Positions 19,054 through 29,709 of a stretch of 29,709 bases of DNA are shown in pieces; the first letter of the stretch is position 1; each line of letters starts with the position of its first letter. The translations under genes and the position numbers were made by a program. The DNA is taken from contig CAVYVF010000017.1 of NCBI GenBank assembly GCA_963771885.1, positions 1 through 29,709 of the forward strand, given 5' to 3'. Below the pieces are notes generated by a model. That model saw only the letters and a list, made by a program, of their open reading frames with translations. It was not told where the DNA came from and ran no database searches. This DNA is from Candidatus Bathyarchaeota archaeon. Its GTDB lineage: Archaea; Thermoproteota; Bathyarchaeia; TCS64.

Positions 19054-19593
19054 ATGGATCTCCCGAGGATCACAGTTCTAAGGCTTGGTCATAGACCAAG
19101 TCGAGATAAGAGAATCTCGACGCATCTTCTATTAGCCGGACGAGCCTTTGGCGCATCAGAAGCGATTTACACAGGAGTACACGACGAGTCTCTCGAAGAG
19201 TCTGTCACAGATGTTGCGAGAGACTGGGGAGGATCATTCAAAGTCAAGTATGCGGACAGCTACCGTAAGATAATAAAAGAATGGTCAGGAAAAATGGTGC
19301 ATCTCACAATGTATGGACTCCCCGCGCAGAACGTTGTTCCAGCGATCCGTGAGGACTCCTCACCAAAGCTCATCGTAGTAGGCGGAGCAAAAGTCCCGGC
19401 AGACGTTTACACATACGCTCATTGGAACGTCGCCATAACAGGGCAGCCCCATAGCGAAGTAAGCGCACTAGCAATATTCCTTAATATGCTTACGGAGGAA
19501 AGTATGCTTAGCTACGAGTTTCCTGATGCTAGACTCCGTGTAATTCCGACAGAGCGAGGTAAAAATGTCACACATATCGAAAAAGAGTCTTAA
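19054..19593 (+). CDS. trm56: tRNA (cytidine(56)-2'-O)-methyltransferase
   Basis: VLRLGHRPSRDKRISTH, VHLTMYG, VVGGAKVP, QPHSEVSALAIFL. Confidence 0.95.
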   Translation: MDLPRITVLRLGHRPSRDKRISTHLLLAGRAFGASEAIYTGVHDESLEESVTDVARDWGGSFKVKYADSYRKIIKEWSGKMVHLTMYGLPAQNVVPAIREDSSPKLIVVGGAKVPADVYTYAHWNVAITGQPHSEVSALAIFLNMLTEESMLSYEFPDARLRVIPTERGKNVTHIEKES

Positions 19594-19643
19594 ACGTTTA
19601 AACGCCGAGACTTCAATATTAATATACAGGAGTATTCTACGGA

Positions 19644-20153
19644 TTGATCTCCGTCAGCGATGACACTATAGTAAGTATCGCCCGAGTTCTAGGCGGTGAT
19701 CAGGGCATAGAGATAATTAAAGCTCTAAAAGATACACCGGATATCACCGTTGAAGACATCTCCTTAAAGACCAATCTTCAGATTAATGATGTCCGTAAAC
19801 TCCTATACAAGTTCTACAATCACAGTCTCGTAACAAGCAAACGATTCCGAGACAAAGACACAGGCTGGTTCATCTTCCAGTGGCGTCTCCAACCCGAACT
19901 ATTCGAAGGATACATCCAAGGGATGAAACAAAAAATCCTAAAAAAACTGGAAGTGAGATTAGAGTACGAAAAAAGCCACGAGTTCTACTCATGCGGAAAT
20001 CCTACATGCCAGCGAATCACGTTCGAAGTAGCGATGGAGACCGTGTTCCGATGCCCCAACTGCGATGAATCACTAAAGAGAATGGACAACTCCGCAGCAA
20101 TAGAGTTCCTGGAACAAAAAGTGGCGGAGCTCAGGGAGGAGCTCACCAAGTGA
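19644..20153 (+). CDS. tfe: transcription factor E (TFEalpha)
   Basis: wHTH with VRKLLYK...RDKDTGWFIFQW, then Zn ribbon CGNPTC...FRCPNC. Confidence 0.93.
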   Translation: MISVSDDTIVSIARVLGGDQGIEIIKALKDTPDITVEDISLKTNLQINDVRKLLYKFYNHSLVTSKRFRDKDTGWFIFQWRLQPELFEGYIQGMKQKILKKLEVRLEYEKSHEFYSCGNPTCQRITFEVAMETVFRCPNCDESLKRMDNSAAIEFLEQKVAELREELTK

Positions 20154-20662
20154 AAGTTCCCACTCGGGAGGAATCCATAAAACTCCTTAAACAAGCTGAG
20201 TGCAGCCAAGGCGTCATCGAACACTGCCAAATGGTAACCCGAATAGCCCTTCGACTAGCCTCATCCCTACAAGCAAAAGGGTACAGAGTTGACATCCCCC
20301 TCATCGAGGCAGGAGCCATACTGCACGACATCGGGAGAAGCGTCACACATGGAGTAGAGCACGGAGCACTCGGGGGCCAGATCGCCAGAAAACTCGGGAT
20401 AGACGACGCCGTAGCCAGAATAATCGAGCGTCACGTCGGTGCGGGACTAACCGATGAAGAAGCAAAGAAAAACAGACTCCCCCCCGGAGACTACATCCCA
20501 AGAACCATAGAAGAAAAGATAGTCTGCTACGCCGACAAACTCACCGAGGGCGCCCATGAAGTACCTATCGAAGTAGAAATGGAGAAACTCACAGCAGAGC
20601 TAGGAAGCAGCCACTCCGCGATTAAAAGATTAAAAAATCTTCACACCGAAATCACCACGTAA
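20150..20662 (+). CDS. HDIG/HD domain protein (TIGR00295-like)
   Basis: HC..V, LHDIG, H...G, ERHVGAG, EEKIVCYADKL; 4-nt overlap with tfe. Confidence 0.9.
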   Translation: MKVPTREESIKLLKQAECSQGVIEHCQMVTRIALRLASSLQAKGYRVDIPLIEAGAILHDIGRSVTHGVEHGALGGQIARKLGIDDAVARIIERHVGAGLTDEEAKKNRLPPGDYIPRTIEEKIVCYADKLTEGAHEVPIEVEMEKLTAELGSSHSAIKRLKNLHTEITT

Positions 20663-20790
20663 ACTAAATTAACCTCATTTTTTAGTGTCACCCCAAAGCC
20701 ACTTTCAGTTACCCCTCCCAGTATCATATACTATAACTGACGTAAAGGCTAAATGCGTAGCCGAGAAGCACCGGTTAAGGGTAACCATCC

Positions 20791-21963
20791 ATGAGCGATC
20801 AAAGGATCTTCGTCGACGAGGGCGTCCTAGACATCAACTACGTACCTCCGAGGCTCCTCCACAGAGACGAGGAACTTCGACTCATGCGACTACTATTCGA
20901 CTATATGCTTACAGCTCCCTATGAGATGAGCCAACGCGCCATCATAGTAGGTGGCGTTGGCTCTGGAAAGACAGCCCTCGCCCAGATCTTCGGCCGATGG
21001 CTCCGAGATGAGGCGAAGAAACGACGCGTCAAGGCGATCTTCATCCACGTTAACTGCCGAGAACTCCGCGGGAGCCTATTCATGGTCCTCCGTAGGGTAG
21101 TGAAAACACTCAAACCCGACTTCCCTGATCGGGGCTACGCCGCCAACGAACTAATGGAGACCCTCATGCAGCTGCTAGACGAGGAGAATACTCAACTCCT
21201 GTTAGCCCTCGACGAGGTTGACTCCCTCGTGAATACCGAAGGAGAGAACGCCCTTTACGAGCTGACGCGAACCCAAGAGGGGCGCCCAGACGCACCTCGA
21301 AGACTAAGCCTACTATGCATCACCAAAGATCCCACAGTATTCAACCGACTTGACCCGAGCACACGAAGCAGCCTCCAACGCAACATGATAGAGTTGAAGC
21401 CATACGGTCTTCCCCAAATCGCAGGGATCGTTATGAGCCGTTCAGATGTGGCTTTCCGAAGAGGAGCAATACCCGTCGAGGTCATCGACTTCATAGCAGA
21501 ACTCGCCTTTCAAGAAAGAAGCGACGCCAGATATGCCATAGACCTCCTTTGGAGAGCTGGGAAGTACGCGGAGCTAGAGAGTGCCAAACAGGTAAACCCC
21601 GACCATGTTCGCCGCGCTGCCCCAAGCGTCTTCGCCACTCTCAAGGAAGAGTCTCTTGGGCAGCTCAGCCGCCACGAGCAGCTGGTGTTGTTGGCTATAG
21701 CTCGGTTCTTCAAAGGAAGCGCTCAACCCCACGCCTCCACCGGAGAGATAGAGCAAGTGTACCGCATAATCTGTGAGGAGCATAGAGAGGAACCCCGCGG
21801 CCACACCCAGTTCTGGAAGTACCTTAACAACCTGAAGAACATCGACGCCGTCCACATAAAGCTAGATGCCTCCTCTCAGGGCCGAACCCAGCTCATAAGC
21901 CTCACAAAAATCACTGCCAACGACCTAGAGAAGGAGGTTCAAAGGAGCATTGAGCAGAACTAA
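20791..21963 (+). CDS. cdc6: Orc1/Cdc6 replication initiation protein
   Basis: YVPPRLLHRDEE, GGVGSGKT (Walker A), LDEVD (Walker B), DARYAIDLL and a C-terminal wHTH ending GRT. Confidence 0.95.
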   Translation: MSDQRIFVDEGVLDINYVPPRLLHRDEELRLMRLLFDYMLTAPYEMSQRAIIVGGVGSGKTALAQIFGRWLRDEAKKRRVKAIFIHVNCRELRGSLFMVLRRVVKTLKPDFPDRGYAANELMETLMQLLDEENTQLLLALDEVDSLVNTEGENALYELTRTQEGRPDAPRRLSLLCITKDPTVFNRLDPSTRSSLQRNMIELKPYGLPQIAGIVMSRSDVAFRRGAIPVEVIDFIAELAFQERSDARYAIDLLWRAGKYAELESAKQVNPDHVRRAAPSVFATLKEESLGQLSRHEQLVLLAIARFFKGSAQPHASTGEIEQVYRIICEEHREEPRGHTQFWKYLNNLKNIDAVHIKLDASSQGRTQLISLTKITANDLEKEVQRSIEQN

Positions 21964-22243
21964 GAACCCTGCCGAGGAGCTACTCGGGAGCCGTGGACGA
22001 ATCCGTGTTCTAAAAATCTTATCCGAAAGCGGAGACCTAAACGTAAGTGAGGTTAGCCGCCGCTCTGGGCTCAACTATACGAGCGTGGAGCGCCACCTCA
22101 CGAAGCTACTCCAGCTAGGACTCGTTAAAGAAAAAAGGTACGGAAGGATCAGAATATTCACAATTCTATTTCAAACACTGACGATAAGATTCGAGAAAGG
22201 CGGAGAACTGGGGATAGAGATCTCCACCGTAGCGCAGGAATAG
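21950..22243 (+). CDS. ArsR-like winged helix-turn-helix protein
   Basis: LLGSRGRIRVLKIL...NVSEVSRRSGLNY...HL.KL...GLVKEKRYGRIRIF; TTG start overlaps the cdc6 end. Confidence 0.88.
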   Translation: MSRTKNPAEELLGSRGRIRVLKILSESGDLNVSEVSRRSGLNYTSVERHLTKLLQLGLVKEKRYGRIRIFTILFQTLTIRFEKGGELGIEISTVAQE

Positions 22244-22246
22244 CCG

Positions 22247-23463
22247 CTATTTCGATTTCGTAACGACCTCGTAGCCTGTGAGGCACATAGCCTTAGCGCA
22301 TGTCACCATCTCGTCTATACGAACATGTTTCTCTACATCATCTGCGTATCCACGGGGACCGTAGAGACAGCACTCAATCCCAGCTTTAGCTAGGTGCGCT
22401 GTATCGTTACCGCAGTAGCTTCGGGGAGGAACAGCACCGATCTTTTTCGGGTACTCACCTGTCACGGTTTTATGATTTTCTTTAAGAAGCTTAACGATCT
22501 CACTTTCGGCGCTGACCCCCATAGGCGGCATCACCATGCCTCCAACACGCCACTTAGGGTTGATCGGGTACTCGAACTCGTACTTAAAATCCGGATCCTC
22601 TGCCTTGATTTCATCAAGCATTGAAATCATCCTCTGGTTGATCTCCTCTATTTCGTATCCCGGAGGGTAACGGAAATCGACGATTATGGTGCAGAAATCC
22701 GGAATGTTGTATGGGCCTGCAAGGTCATATTCTCTATTACGTCCACCGATGATACTCCCCGCTACCCAGCGAGGTGCACCTGGGAGGTCAGGATCCCTTG
22801 CCTCGAACTTCATCTTGTCAAGCCTATCGAGCACGTTCCTCATCTTGGTAATGGCGTTGATACTCTCCTCCATTCGGCTAATATGCTCACTGCGACCAAG
22901 AGTGTGGATAGCGAAATCGTGCACACCAACGCATTTTGTCAATATATTATCGACACTATAAGGCTCAGGAACTATCGCCATATCCGTCCAGATGCCCTGC
23001 TGTAATGCATGGACAGTTCCTAGACCACCCTGTAGCTCACCTACAACGCACTCAACGACGAGGTCTCCGCGGAGTTTTACTTTGCTTCTCTTAATGGCGA
23101 GAGCAGCACACATCATCGCAGCGTCACCACTCTTCATGTTATGGATCCCAGCACCCCAGAGTCGGTTACCATCAACCTTCGGAGTATAAGGGTCCCACTC
23201 CACGACGCTGTGATCGGGTCAATATCTAAGTGCCCGTTAAACATCATGCTCTTTCCAGTACCATCTCCATTTAAACGAGCGATAACCTGCTTGCGACCCG
23301 GCTCCACCTCTTGGAGCATCACCTCATCGAATCCCTGATCCTCAAACCAATCCTTCGCAAAGCTCACCGCAGGCCCTTCCTGCCGTGTAAGACTAGGCTG
23401 CCGGATTAGGTCGCAACCTAAATCTATAATCTCCTCCTTCTTCAGGTGGTCGAGTACATTCAA
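22247..23463 (-). CDS. M20 family (ArgE/DapE-like) amidohydrolase with non-canonical metal ligands; one frameshift near 23205
   Basis: MFNGHLDIDP, WDPYTPKVDGNRLWGAGIHNMKSG, VVGELQGG, IVPEP, HTLGRSEHIS, NAI.KM, YGP. Confidence 0.9.
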
Positions 23464-23630
23464 ATCAGTAACCGAGAAAAGAAAACCGTTTACACATTTA
23501 GGTTTTCAGATTAACTTGATCAAAAATAGACGTGTGCGAGAAATTTTCAATGAAACCAAATTATTTAGATTATCAATTGTTTTTCAATTATCTTAACAGA
23601 CTTCAATAATCTCGAGTACTAATATATTTC

Positions 23631-23996
23631 ATGCCAAAGACCACCGGTCTAATTACATTTCTACCCTACAGAAACCTTCAGGCTGCAACACGTTTCTATA
23701 AAGAAACAATGGGTTTGAATCTCGAGATCGATCAAGGCTTCGCCAAGATATTCCGTGTTGGAGAGGCTGCCTACCTCGGCTTAATCGATGAAAAGCGCAG
23801 CGTTGTCAAATTGAGTGATGATAAATCAGTAGCTTTAACAATTTTAGTATCAAATGTTGATGAGTGGTTTCAACACCTAACAAACCTCGGAATACCTACC
23901 GTAAGCGAGCCCCATGATGTTCCTGAGATAGGCATCCGACTTTTCCTGTTAAAAGACCCTGAAGAGTATATAGTTGAGATCCAGCACTTCTATTGA
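23631..23996 (+). CDS. VOC/glyoxalase family protein
   Basis: NLQAATRFYKETMGL...VSNVDEWF...FLLKDPEEYIVEIQ. Confidence 0.9.
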   Translation: MPKTTGLITFLPYRNLQAATRFYKETMGLNLEIDQGFAKIFRVGEAAYLGLIDEKRSVVKLSDDKSVALTILVSNVDEWFQHLTNLGIPTVSEPHDVPEIGIRLFLLKDPEEYIVEIQHFY

Positions 23997-24052
23997 ACCT
24001 CCATTACATAGGGGTTCACCTTTTAATCCCAAACAAAATATATGTTTAATCG

Positions 24053-25758
24053 ATGAGCGCCAACGCCAACGTCGCTGCGGTCCTCTACGAGATCGCTGAG
24101 ATCCTCACCGTTAAGGAGGATAAATTCAGGAGCCGTGCATACCAAATGGCGGCTCAGAGGATCACGAGCTTAACCGAAGATGTGTTAAAAGTAAAAGAGC
24201 GGAAAGAGCTTGATCAGATCCCGGGAATTGGTAAAGGCATTGCAGCCACCATCACTGAATTTCTCGACACAGGTGAGTCAAAGATCCTTGAGGAACTCCG
24301 AGAAAGCCTTCCTCAAGGAGTCAGACAACTCATGGAGCTTGAAGGTGTCGGCCCCAAACTGGCAATGCGTCTCGTTCAGGAACTAGAAATCAATAGCATC
24401 GATGCATTAGAGCAAGCAGCAAAAGAAGGGAGAATCAGGACGCTAAAAGGATTTGGCGAGAAAAAAGAGGCGAACATTCTCCAATCGATAGATGACATTC
24501 GAAACAGGCAGACTCGGTTCTTGTTAGGAGCTATACTTCCAGTGGTCCATGACATGGAGGAGTATATGCGAGGAAGCCCAGAAGTCATCAATGTAGAGAT
24601 CGCCGGCTCCGCCCGCCGCAGAAAAGAAACCATCGGCGACCTCGATCTACTGGTATCTAGCCTAGAACCAGAGAAGGCGATGAATAGGTTCATCTCAATG
24701 CCTCCCGTGGAGCGCATAGTTAGTCATGGAGCTACGCGTAGCACCGTAATCCTTAAGGGGCATCTACAAGCTGACTGCCGAGTCATCCCTCCCGAAGCCT
24801 ACGGAGCAGCGTTACAATACTTTACTGGCTCTAAAGAACACAATGTTAAACTGCGAACAATCGGCGTCAAGCTAGGATACAAACTCAACGAGTATGGGCT
24901 TTTCCACCGAGACGATGAAACTCTAGTAACATCAGACACAGAGGAAAATATCTATAAAACTCTCGGAATGCAGTACATTCCACCGGAGCTGCGAGAGAAC
25001 CGAGGTGAAATTGAGGCAGCGATAAAAGGGCAGCTCCCCCATCTCGTCGACCTACCTGACATACTCGGGGACCTCCATGTTCATACAAAATGGAGCGATG
25101 GAACATCCACTATACTTGAGGTCGCTGAGAAAGCTCAGCAACTTGGCCTCAAGTACATCGCTATCTGCGACCATTCCAAGAGCCTTGGGATAGCACATGG
25201 CCTCGACGAGGAACGATTACGAGAACAAGGAAAGAGATCGAGAAAATCAATAAAAGCTTCGAAAATCTAACCATCCTCAAAGGAATAGAATGCGATATTA
25301 AAGCGGACGGGAGCCTAGACCTCGATGATTCAGCTCTCAAAGACCTTGATTACGTAGTAGGAAGCATTCACAGTGGATTCAAGGCCGAGGAAGAGACGAT
25401 CACCAACAGGCTGATCACCGCATTTAGCAACGATTACATACGCACTGTGGGTCACCCTACCGGCCGCATAATTCAACAGCGAAAACCCTATGCTCTAAAC
25501 CTCGATAAAGCATTCGAAGAGGCTGAGAAGCACCATATAGCAATGGAGATTAATTCATTCCCTGAACGGTTGGACCTCGACGATGTTAACGCTAGGAAAG
25601 CTAAGGAAGCTGGCATAAAACTTACAATATCAACCGACGCTCATTCAATTGAACAGATGGAGTTCCTTCCACTTGGAGTGAGTGTTGCTCGCCGAGCTTG
25701 GCTTGAAGCTGTAGATGTTGAGAATACTAAGAGCTTAGAACAGCTGCTCATTCGCTAG
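24053..25758 (+). CDS. polX: DNA polymerase X with C-terminal PHP domain, one frameshift near 25230
   Basis: IPGIGKG Hh[30 protein letters not shown] motifs DLHVHT..SDG, CDHS, GIECDI, GSIHS, GHPTGR, STDAH. Confidence 0.95.
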
Positions 25759-26411
25759 ATGTGATAAGTTTTTCAGCGAATCCGAACAAGACATCGCGAC
25801 TTGGTGGCCACGTAAGAACGATGCAGAAGATGATACTTCCGACGATTACGAGGCTCTGGGCGAATAGACCTCCTACAGCACCGATGAGCATGTCAAGATA
25901 GCTCCGCCGACATAGGCGGCAAAAGTGTATAGAATAGTCTTTCCGGTAGCTTCGATCAACAGTAACTTCTTGAAAGGTAGTCTCCGTGTTCCCGCGAGCA
26001 TAATCACAGGCATATCGGGCAGTGGAGTCATAGAGACGAGTAGTATGGCCCAAAGTCCATACCGGTTAATCCATCTAGAAATTGTCTCCTCCGCTTTGCT
26101 CTTAATGCCGCTACTAACAGTCTCAGCTAAACGCGGCCTAGAAGATAAGGAACTAGGTCACCTAATGCTCCACCGACTCCGGCAGCTGCGCCTAGGATCA
26201 ACGGATTGTAAAACCTTGATAATGTAAGGAAAAGAGGCACAAATATGTCTCTGGCAACCATCGTGGCATGGCTAAGTAGAGAGACAAGGAATACCCCTCC
26301 GAGGCCATACTGCGTACGTCCCCGCCACCGAATAAGAGCTGCCACACAATGACTCCGGATATAATTGATACAGCCACGACTCCTCCGATAATGAAAAGCT
26401 CTCTTATTCAA
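25748..26411 (-). CDS. DedA/VTT (SNARE-associated) membrane protein, frameshifted
   Basis: GAAAGVGGALGDLVPYLLGR, then in a shifted frame RYGLWAILLVSMTPLPDMPVIMLAG..RLPFKK...GK. Confidence 0.8.
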
Positions 26412-26528
26412 AACGTTTCCAACTCCGAATTGAATCGTACAAGACGAAGTTGAATAAATGTGTTTCAGTATACCTAATAAAAGATAATAACCGCGATCAC
26501 TTTTTCATCTCAATTATGAGGCTTTGAG

Positions 26529-27096
26529 TTGAACGGAAAACTGATACTCATCGGTGTAGTCGCGTTACTCGTAGTTTTAGGTGGTGTAACTATCTCCTCA
26601 TACAATGGGTTAGTTTCTAGTCAAGTAGGGGTTGATCAAGCTTGGGGAGATATTCAGGTTCAGTACCAGCGGCGTTATGACCTAATCCCAAAACTCACGG
26701 ATGCAGTAAACAAGTTCGTAGCGTTCGAGCAGAAGCTATTAACCGATATCGCTGCTGCTCGCTCCAGCTTGGACTAAGCCTCAAGGGCTCTATGGACGAC
26801 CAGGTTGAAGCGAGCAAACAATTAGATTCTGTAACGAGTAGGCTTTTGGCTATCGTCACTGTGGAGAATTATCCTGATTTAAAGTCGAACCAGTTGGTAC
26901 TTGACTCATGGATGAACTGGCGGGTACAGAAAACAGAGTCGCAGTATCCAGACTTCGATACAATGAGGCAGTTGCCACATACAACGGTAAAATCGTTAGA
27001 TTTCCCGATAATCTCCTCGCCGGATATTTAGGCTTCCAGAAACGCGCATTCTTCAATGCACAGTCAGGCGCCGAGTTTCCTTCGCCCTCAGGTTGA
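26529..27096 (+). CDS. lemA: LemA family protein, frameshifted into 3 pieces
   Basis: SYNGLV...AWGDIQVQYQRRYDLIP, ENYPDLKSN, ELAGTENRVAVSRLRYNEAV. Confidence 0.92.
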
Positions 27097-27102
27097 GATC
27101 GG

Positions 27103-27840
27103 GTGGATAAAACGAACCCGAAAAACATTCACATTAATCTTCGTCCTCTGGTTGATGTCCTCCTCACCTATTGTTTCAGCAACAGTTAGAGGAAGATATG
27201 TCTACGATTACATAGGTCTACTCAACTGGATTCCGAGAAAGGGGCAATAGAATCACTTTGTCTGATGTTACGCAGAACACTACCGCTGAGATCGTGATAG
27301 TCATTATCTCAGATCTATCTCAATACAACGGAGATATTAACTCCGCTAAGTTGAGAAATATTGAATAAGTCTCCCTCGAAGGTACAAACAGGAATCGGTA
27401 AGGCCGAGAGAGAATAACGGCGTCCTGATCCTGTCAGCGAGCTCGATCGAGAGTGGGGGATCGAAATAGGGTACGGACTTGAAGGAGAGATAAATGATGC
27501 GAAAGCGGGGCGAATAGGCCGAGATGTATTGGCGCCGTTTCTAAAAGAGGGGCGACGACTATCTCGGGTTTCCGGAACTCAGCTGCGACGACCGCAGAAC
27601 AAATTGGCTTCGACGTGGAAGGATATACTCCCTCACCTTTACAAGATTTAACCTCTAGCTTCATCCATGTACTGCTCAGCGGGGACTGCTTTACGTAACC
27701 TGGTGGCTAATAGGATCAAGGCTCACCGATTTGGCTTGTTTTAATAGTAGTTATAATCTTCGTTCTCATCTTCTTCCGAGCCGTGGAGGTGGAGGGGCAG
27801 GACGTAGCGGAGGCGGTGGTGCCTCCGGTCTTGATGGTAA
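27103..27840 (+). CDS. TPM (YgcG-like) domain protein with Gly-rich tail, heavily frameshifted
   Basis: Fragments YVYDYIG, QNTTAEIVIVII, GIGKAE..NGVLIL, RIEIGYGLEG-like and terminal GGGGAGRSGGGGASG; it follows lemA as in the established lemA-TPM operon. Confidence 0.75.
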
Positions 27841-27842
27841 AC

Positions 27843-28463
27843 CTAGAGGGGCTTACAAAGGATCTCCATCATTTTGAGATCCCGCATTCTACTAGACTCA
27901 GCAGGAGATACCACCATAGCTGTATCAGCTCCTTGGCTGCTTACCTGCCACGCATACAACTTGCTTTTCTCGTGGGATTACGTTGCTATCGCAGGCGCAT
28001 CATTGCTATCTCGGCGCAGACCTTAACACCCTGTGCGAATAAGCGGAAGGTGTTAGCTACTATTACGTTTGTTGGTGGTAGGATGAAAGGAAGCGCTAGC
28101 TCGTTGGGCTCAGTCTTCTCCGGGGCGTTGGCGAGCCATACCGACATCGACTCCACCTGTTAAGACGTCAGTGCATGTGAGCACGATACCATGCTGCTGT
28201 AACATCGCTCGCTTTTCTGGAGGCATCGTCTGTAGACCTGGCTGCCGGTATCCGGTTTGGTGTGTAACGAAAACGAGTTTTAAGCCGCTTCCTTTGAATA
28301 TTTCAACAGCACGATCTCCGCAAGTATAACTTGTTCGTCGAGACTAGCACCGTATCAATATTTCTCTCTTTTGCTCCTTCAAGTGCTATCATTAAGTGTT
28401 TTCGTCGGTGTGTTCCTTGCCACCCTTAGTAAAGTAAACTGTTGTTCTCTTAACGCTACTTAT
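27843..28463 (-). CDS. pyruvate kinase alpha/beta (PK_C) domain protein, COG1751-like, heavily frameshifted; start approximate
   Basis: Manual minus-strand fragments TVYFTKGGKEHTDE, LVFVTHQTGYRQPG, LFAQGVKVCAEIAMM, GADTAMVVSPA and EILCKPL*; not in the ORF track. Confidence 0.8.
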
Positions 28464-28522
28464 ATCTATATCTCCTAGAGAACAATGATTGATTGAGCAC
28501 TCGTTTGGTAAGAACCTAACGG

Positions 28523-29565
28523 TCATCCGAAATCAGAATGGATCTCCCTTTGCCCAAACAATCGGTATATAGTAAATCCGCAATTGATGCAATTCATCCC
28601 TTTGTCGAGATGCCACTCCATAATCTCATATCCCTGACGTCGAACTACATGCTTCTTGCATTCGGGGCAGACAGTATCTTCGTAGCCTTCTCCCTGTACG
28701 TTCCCAACAAAGACGTATCGAATTCCTTCTTCTAACGCCAGTTTTCTGCTTCGAATCAATGTTTCTACTGGTGTAGGTGGCAAGTGGCTGAAATTGTAGT
28801 CCGGATAAAGCAATCAAGCTGAAGCGGTACATCAGGACCCATATTCTCAACGATGTACTTCGCCATCCTCCGTGTCTCGACGGGGTCATCATTCGTTTCT
28901 GGTAATGATTAGGAAAGTGATCTCTAATGCACTCCTTTCCTATGCATCTCAACGGTAGCATCAAGGACGCTTTGAAGATCACCGGAGCAATGTTTTTTAT
29001 AAAACTCTTCAGTGAAACCTTTCCAGTCAACGTTCGCTGCATCTAATACATCCACAACACGGTCTAAGGCTTTCAGGCTCACATATCCATTAGTTACTAA
29101 AACATTTTTCACGCCCTCTTTATGCGCAAGCCGGGCGCAATCCTCTATGTAATCAAGATTGATGAGAGGCTCATTGTATGTGTACGCGATGCTGGTACAC
29201 TCCTGGGTGTGGGCTGTGTCAACCATATGCTCTGGCGGCCAGTGCTGTAAAACTCCAGTCGGAGGTTTAGCAGTGCTAATATGCCAGTTCTGGCACCATG
29301 GGCATGTAAAACTGCAACCGACGCTACTTATACTGAAACGCTGGCTTCCTGGGTAGAAGTGCACGAGAGGTTTTTTCTCAATGGGATCTACCGCCATTGC
29401 GCTAATTATACCGTATGTTAGGTTGACAATCTTTCCCAACTGGTTCTCTTTTGTTCCACAGAAGCCCCGTTGCCCTGATTTTAGCGTACACATCCTCGGG
29501 CAGATTATACATTGAGCGGTCTCGGAATCGACCTGCTCCTGAAACCTAAAAGGCATCTTAATCAT
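28523..29565 (-). CDS. amrS: AmmeMemoRadiSam system radical SAM enzyme, frameshifted
   Basis: CIICPRMC, DPIEKKPLVHFYPG, GCSFTCPWCQNWHIS, IAYTYNEP, YVFVGNV, TVCPEC. Confidence 0.92.
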
Positions 29566-29709
29566 TTGATCCTTATCTTACGAATGGTTTAACGCTTACT
29601 CCGAAACGGGTTTTATTAATGTAATTAAAAAAATACTGTTTGGATCGAAATGCATACACAATAACGAGTTCTTGTCTAGAAATACTTCAGGATCTCTTCG
29701 TTGGAGAGC

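Noticed and set aside
20685..21855. Overlapping alternative-frame and antisense ORFs in cdc6
   Set aside because: Shadow ORFs of a GC-rich conserved gene.
26529..27840. lemA-TPM pair as a novel system
   Set aside because: Well-known conserved operon arrangement.
27783..28163. Plus-strand 126-aa ORF
   Set aside because: Antisense shadow of the frameshifted PK_C-domain gene plus the TPM gene tail.
1..29709. CRISPR array, rRNA or intact IS/transposase
   Set aside because: No regularly spaced direct repeats, rRNA-like tracts or transposase motifs seen.

Overview
Archaeal chromosomal DNA, most likely Bathyarchaeia (TACK); this is inferred from the trm56-tfe-HD-cdc6 and thpR-cca-kinase gene orders and an integrase C-terminal motif. 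An intronless tRNA-Pro(GGG) (13259-13333, minus strand) splits the window in two. Left of the tRNA 3' end (1 to ~13250) is an accessory region of small unrelated genes in mixed orientation: two GNATs, DUF2000, YHS, a PNPOx-like pseudogene, HEAT+Zn-ribbon, SRPBCC, wHTH, DUF4287/DUF5655, a SAM methyltransferase and membrane proteins. It begins with a HerA/FtsK-like ATPase with an atypical 'VPEAW' Walker B and ends with a decayed tyrosine-integrase remnant that runs into the tRNA. It looks like an old tRNA-anchored integration hotspot with a candidate degenerate att copy near 8323-8340. Right of the tRNA are mostly core genes: kinase, cca, thpR, flavodoxin, ECF-S, ACT, trm56, tfe, HD protein, cdc6/orc1, wHTH, an atypical M20 hydrolase, VOC, polX-PHP, DedA, lemA, TPM, a PK_C-domain protein and amrS. 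Many genes, including the essential cca, are broken by 1-nt indels, which points to long-read consensus errors rather than mass pseudogenisation. No CRISPR array, rRNA or intact mobile element was found.
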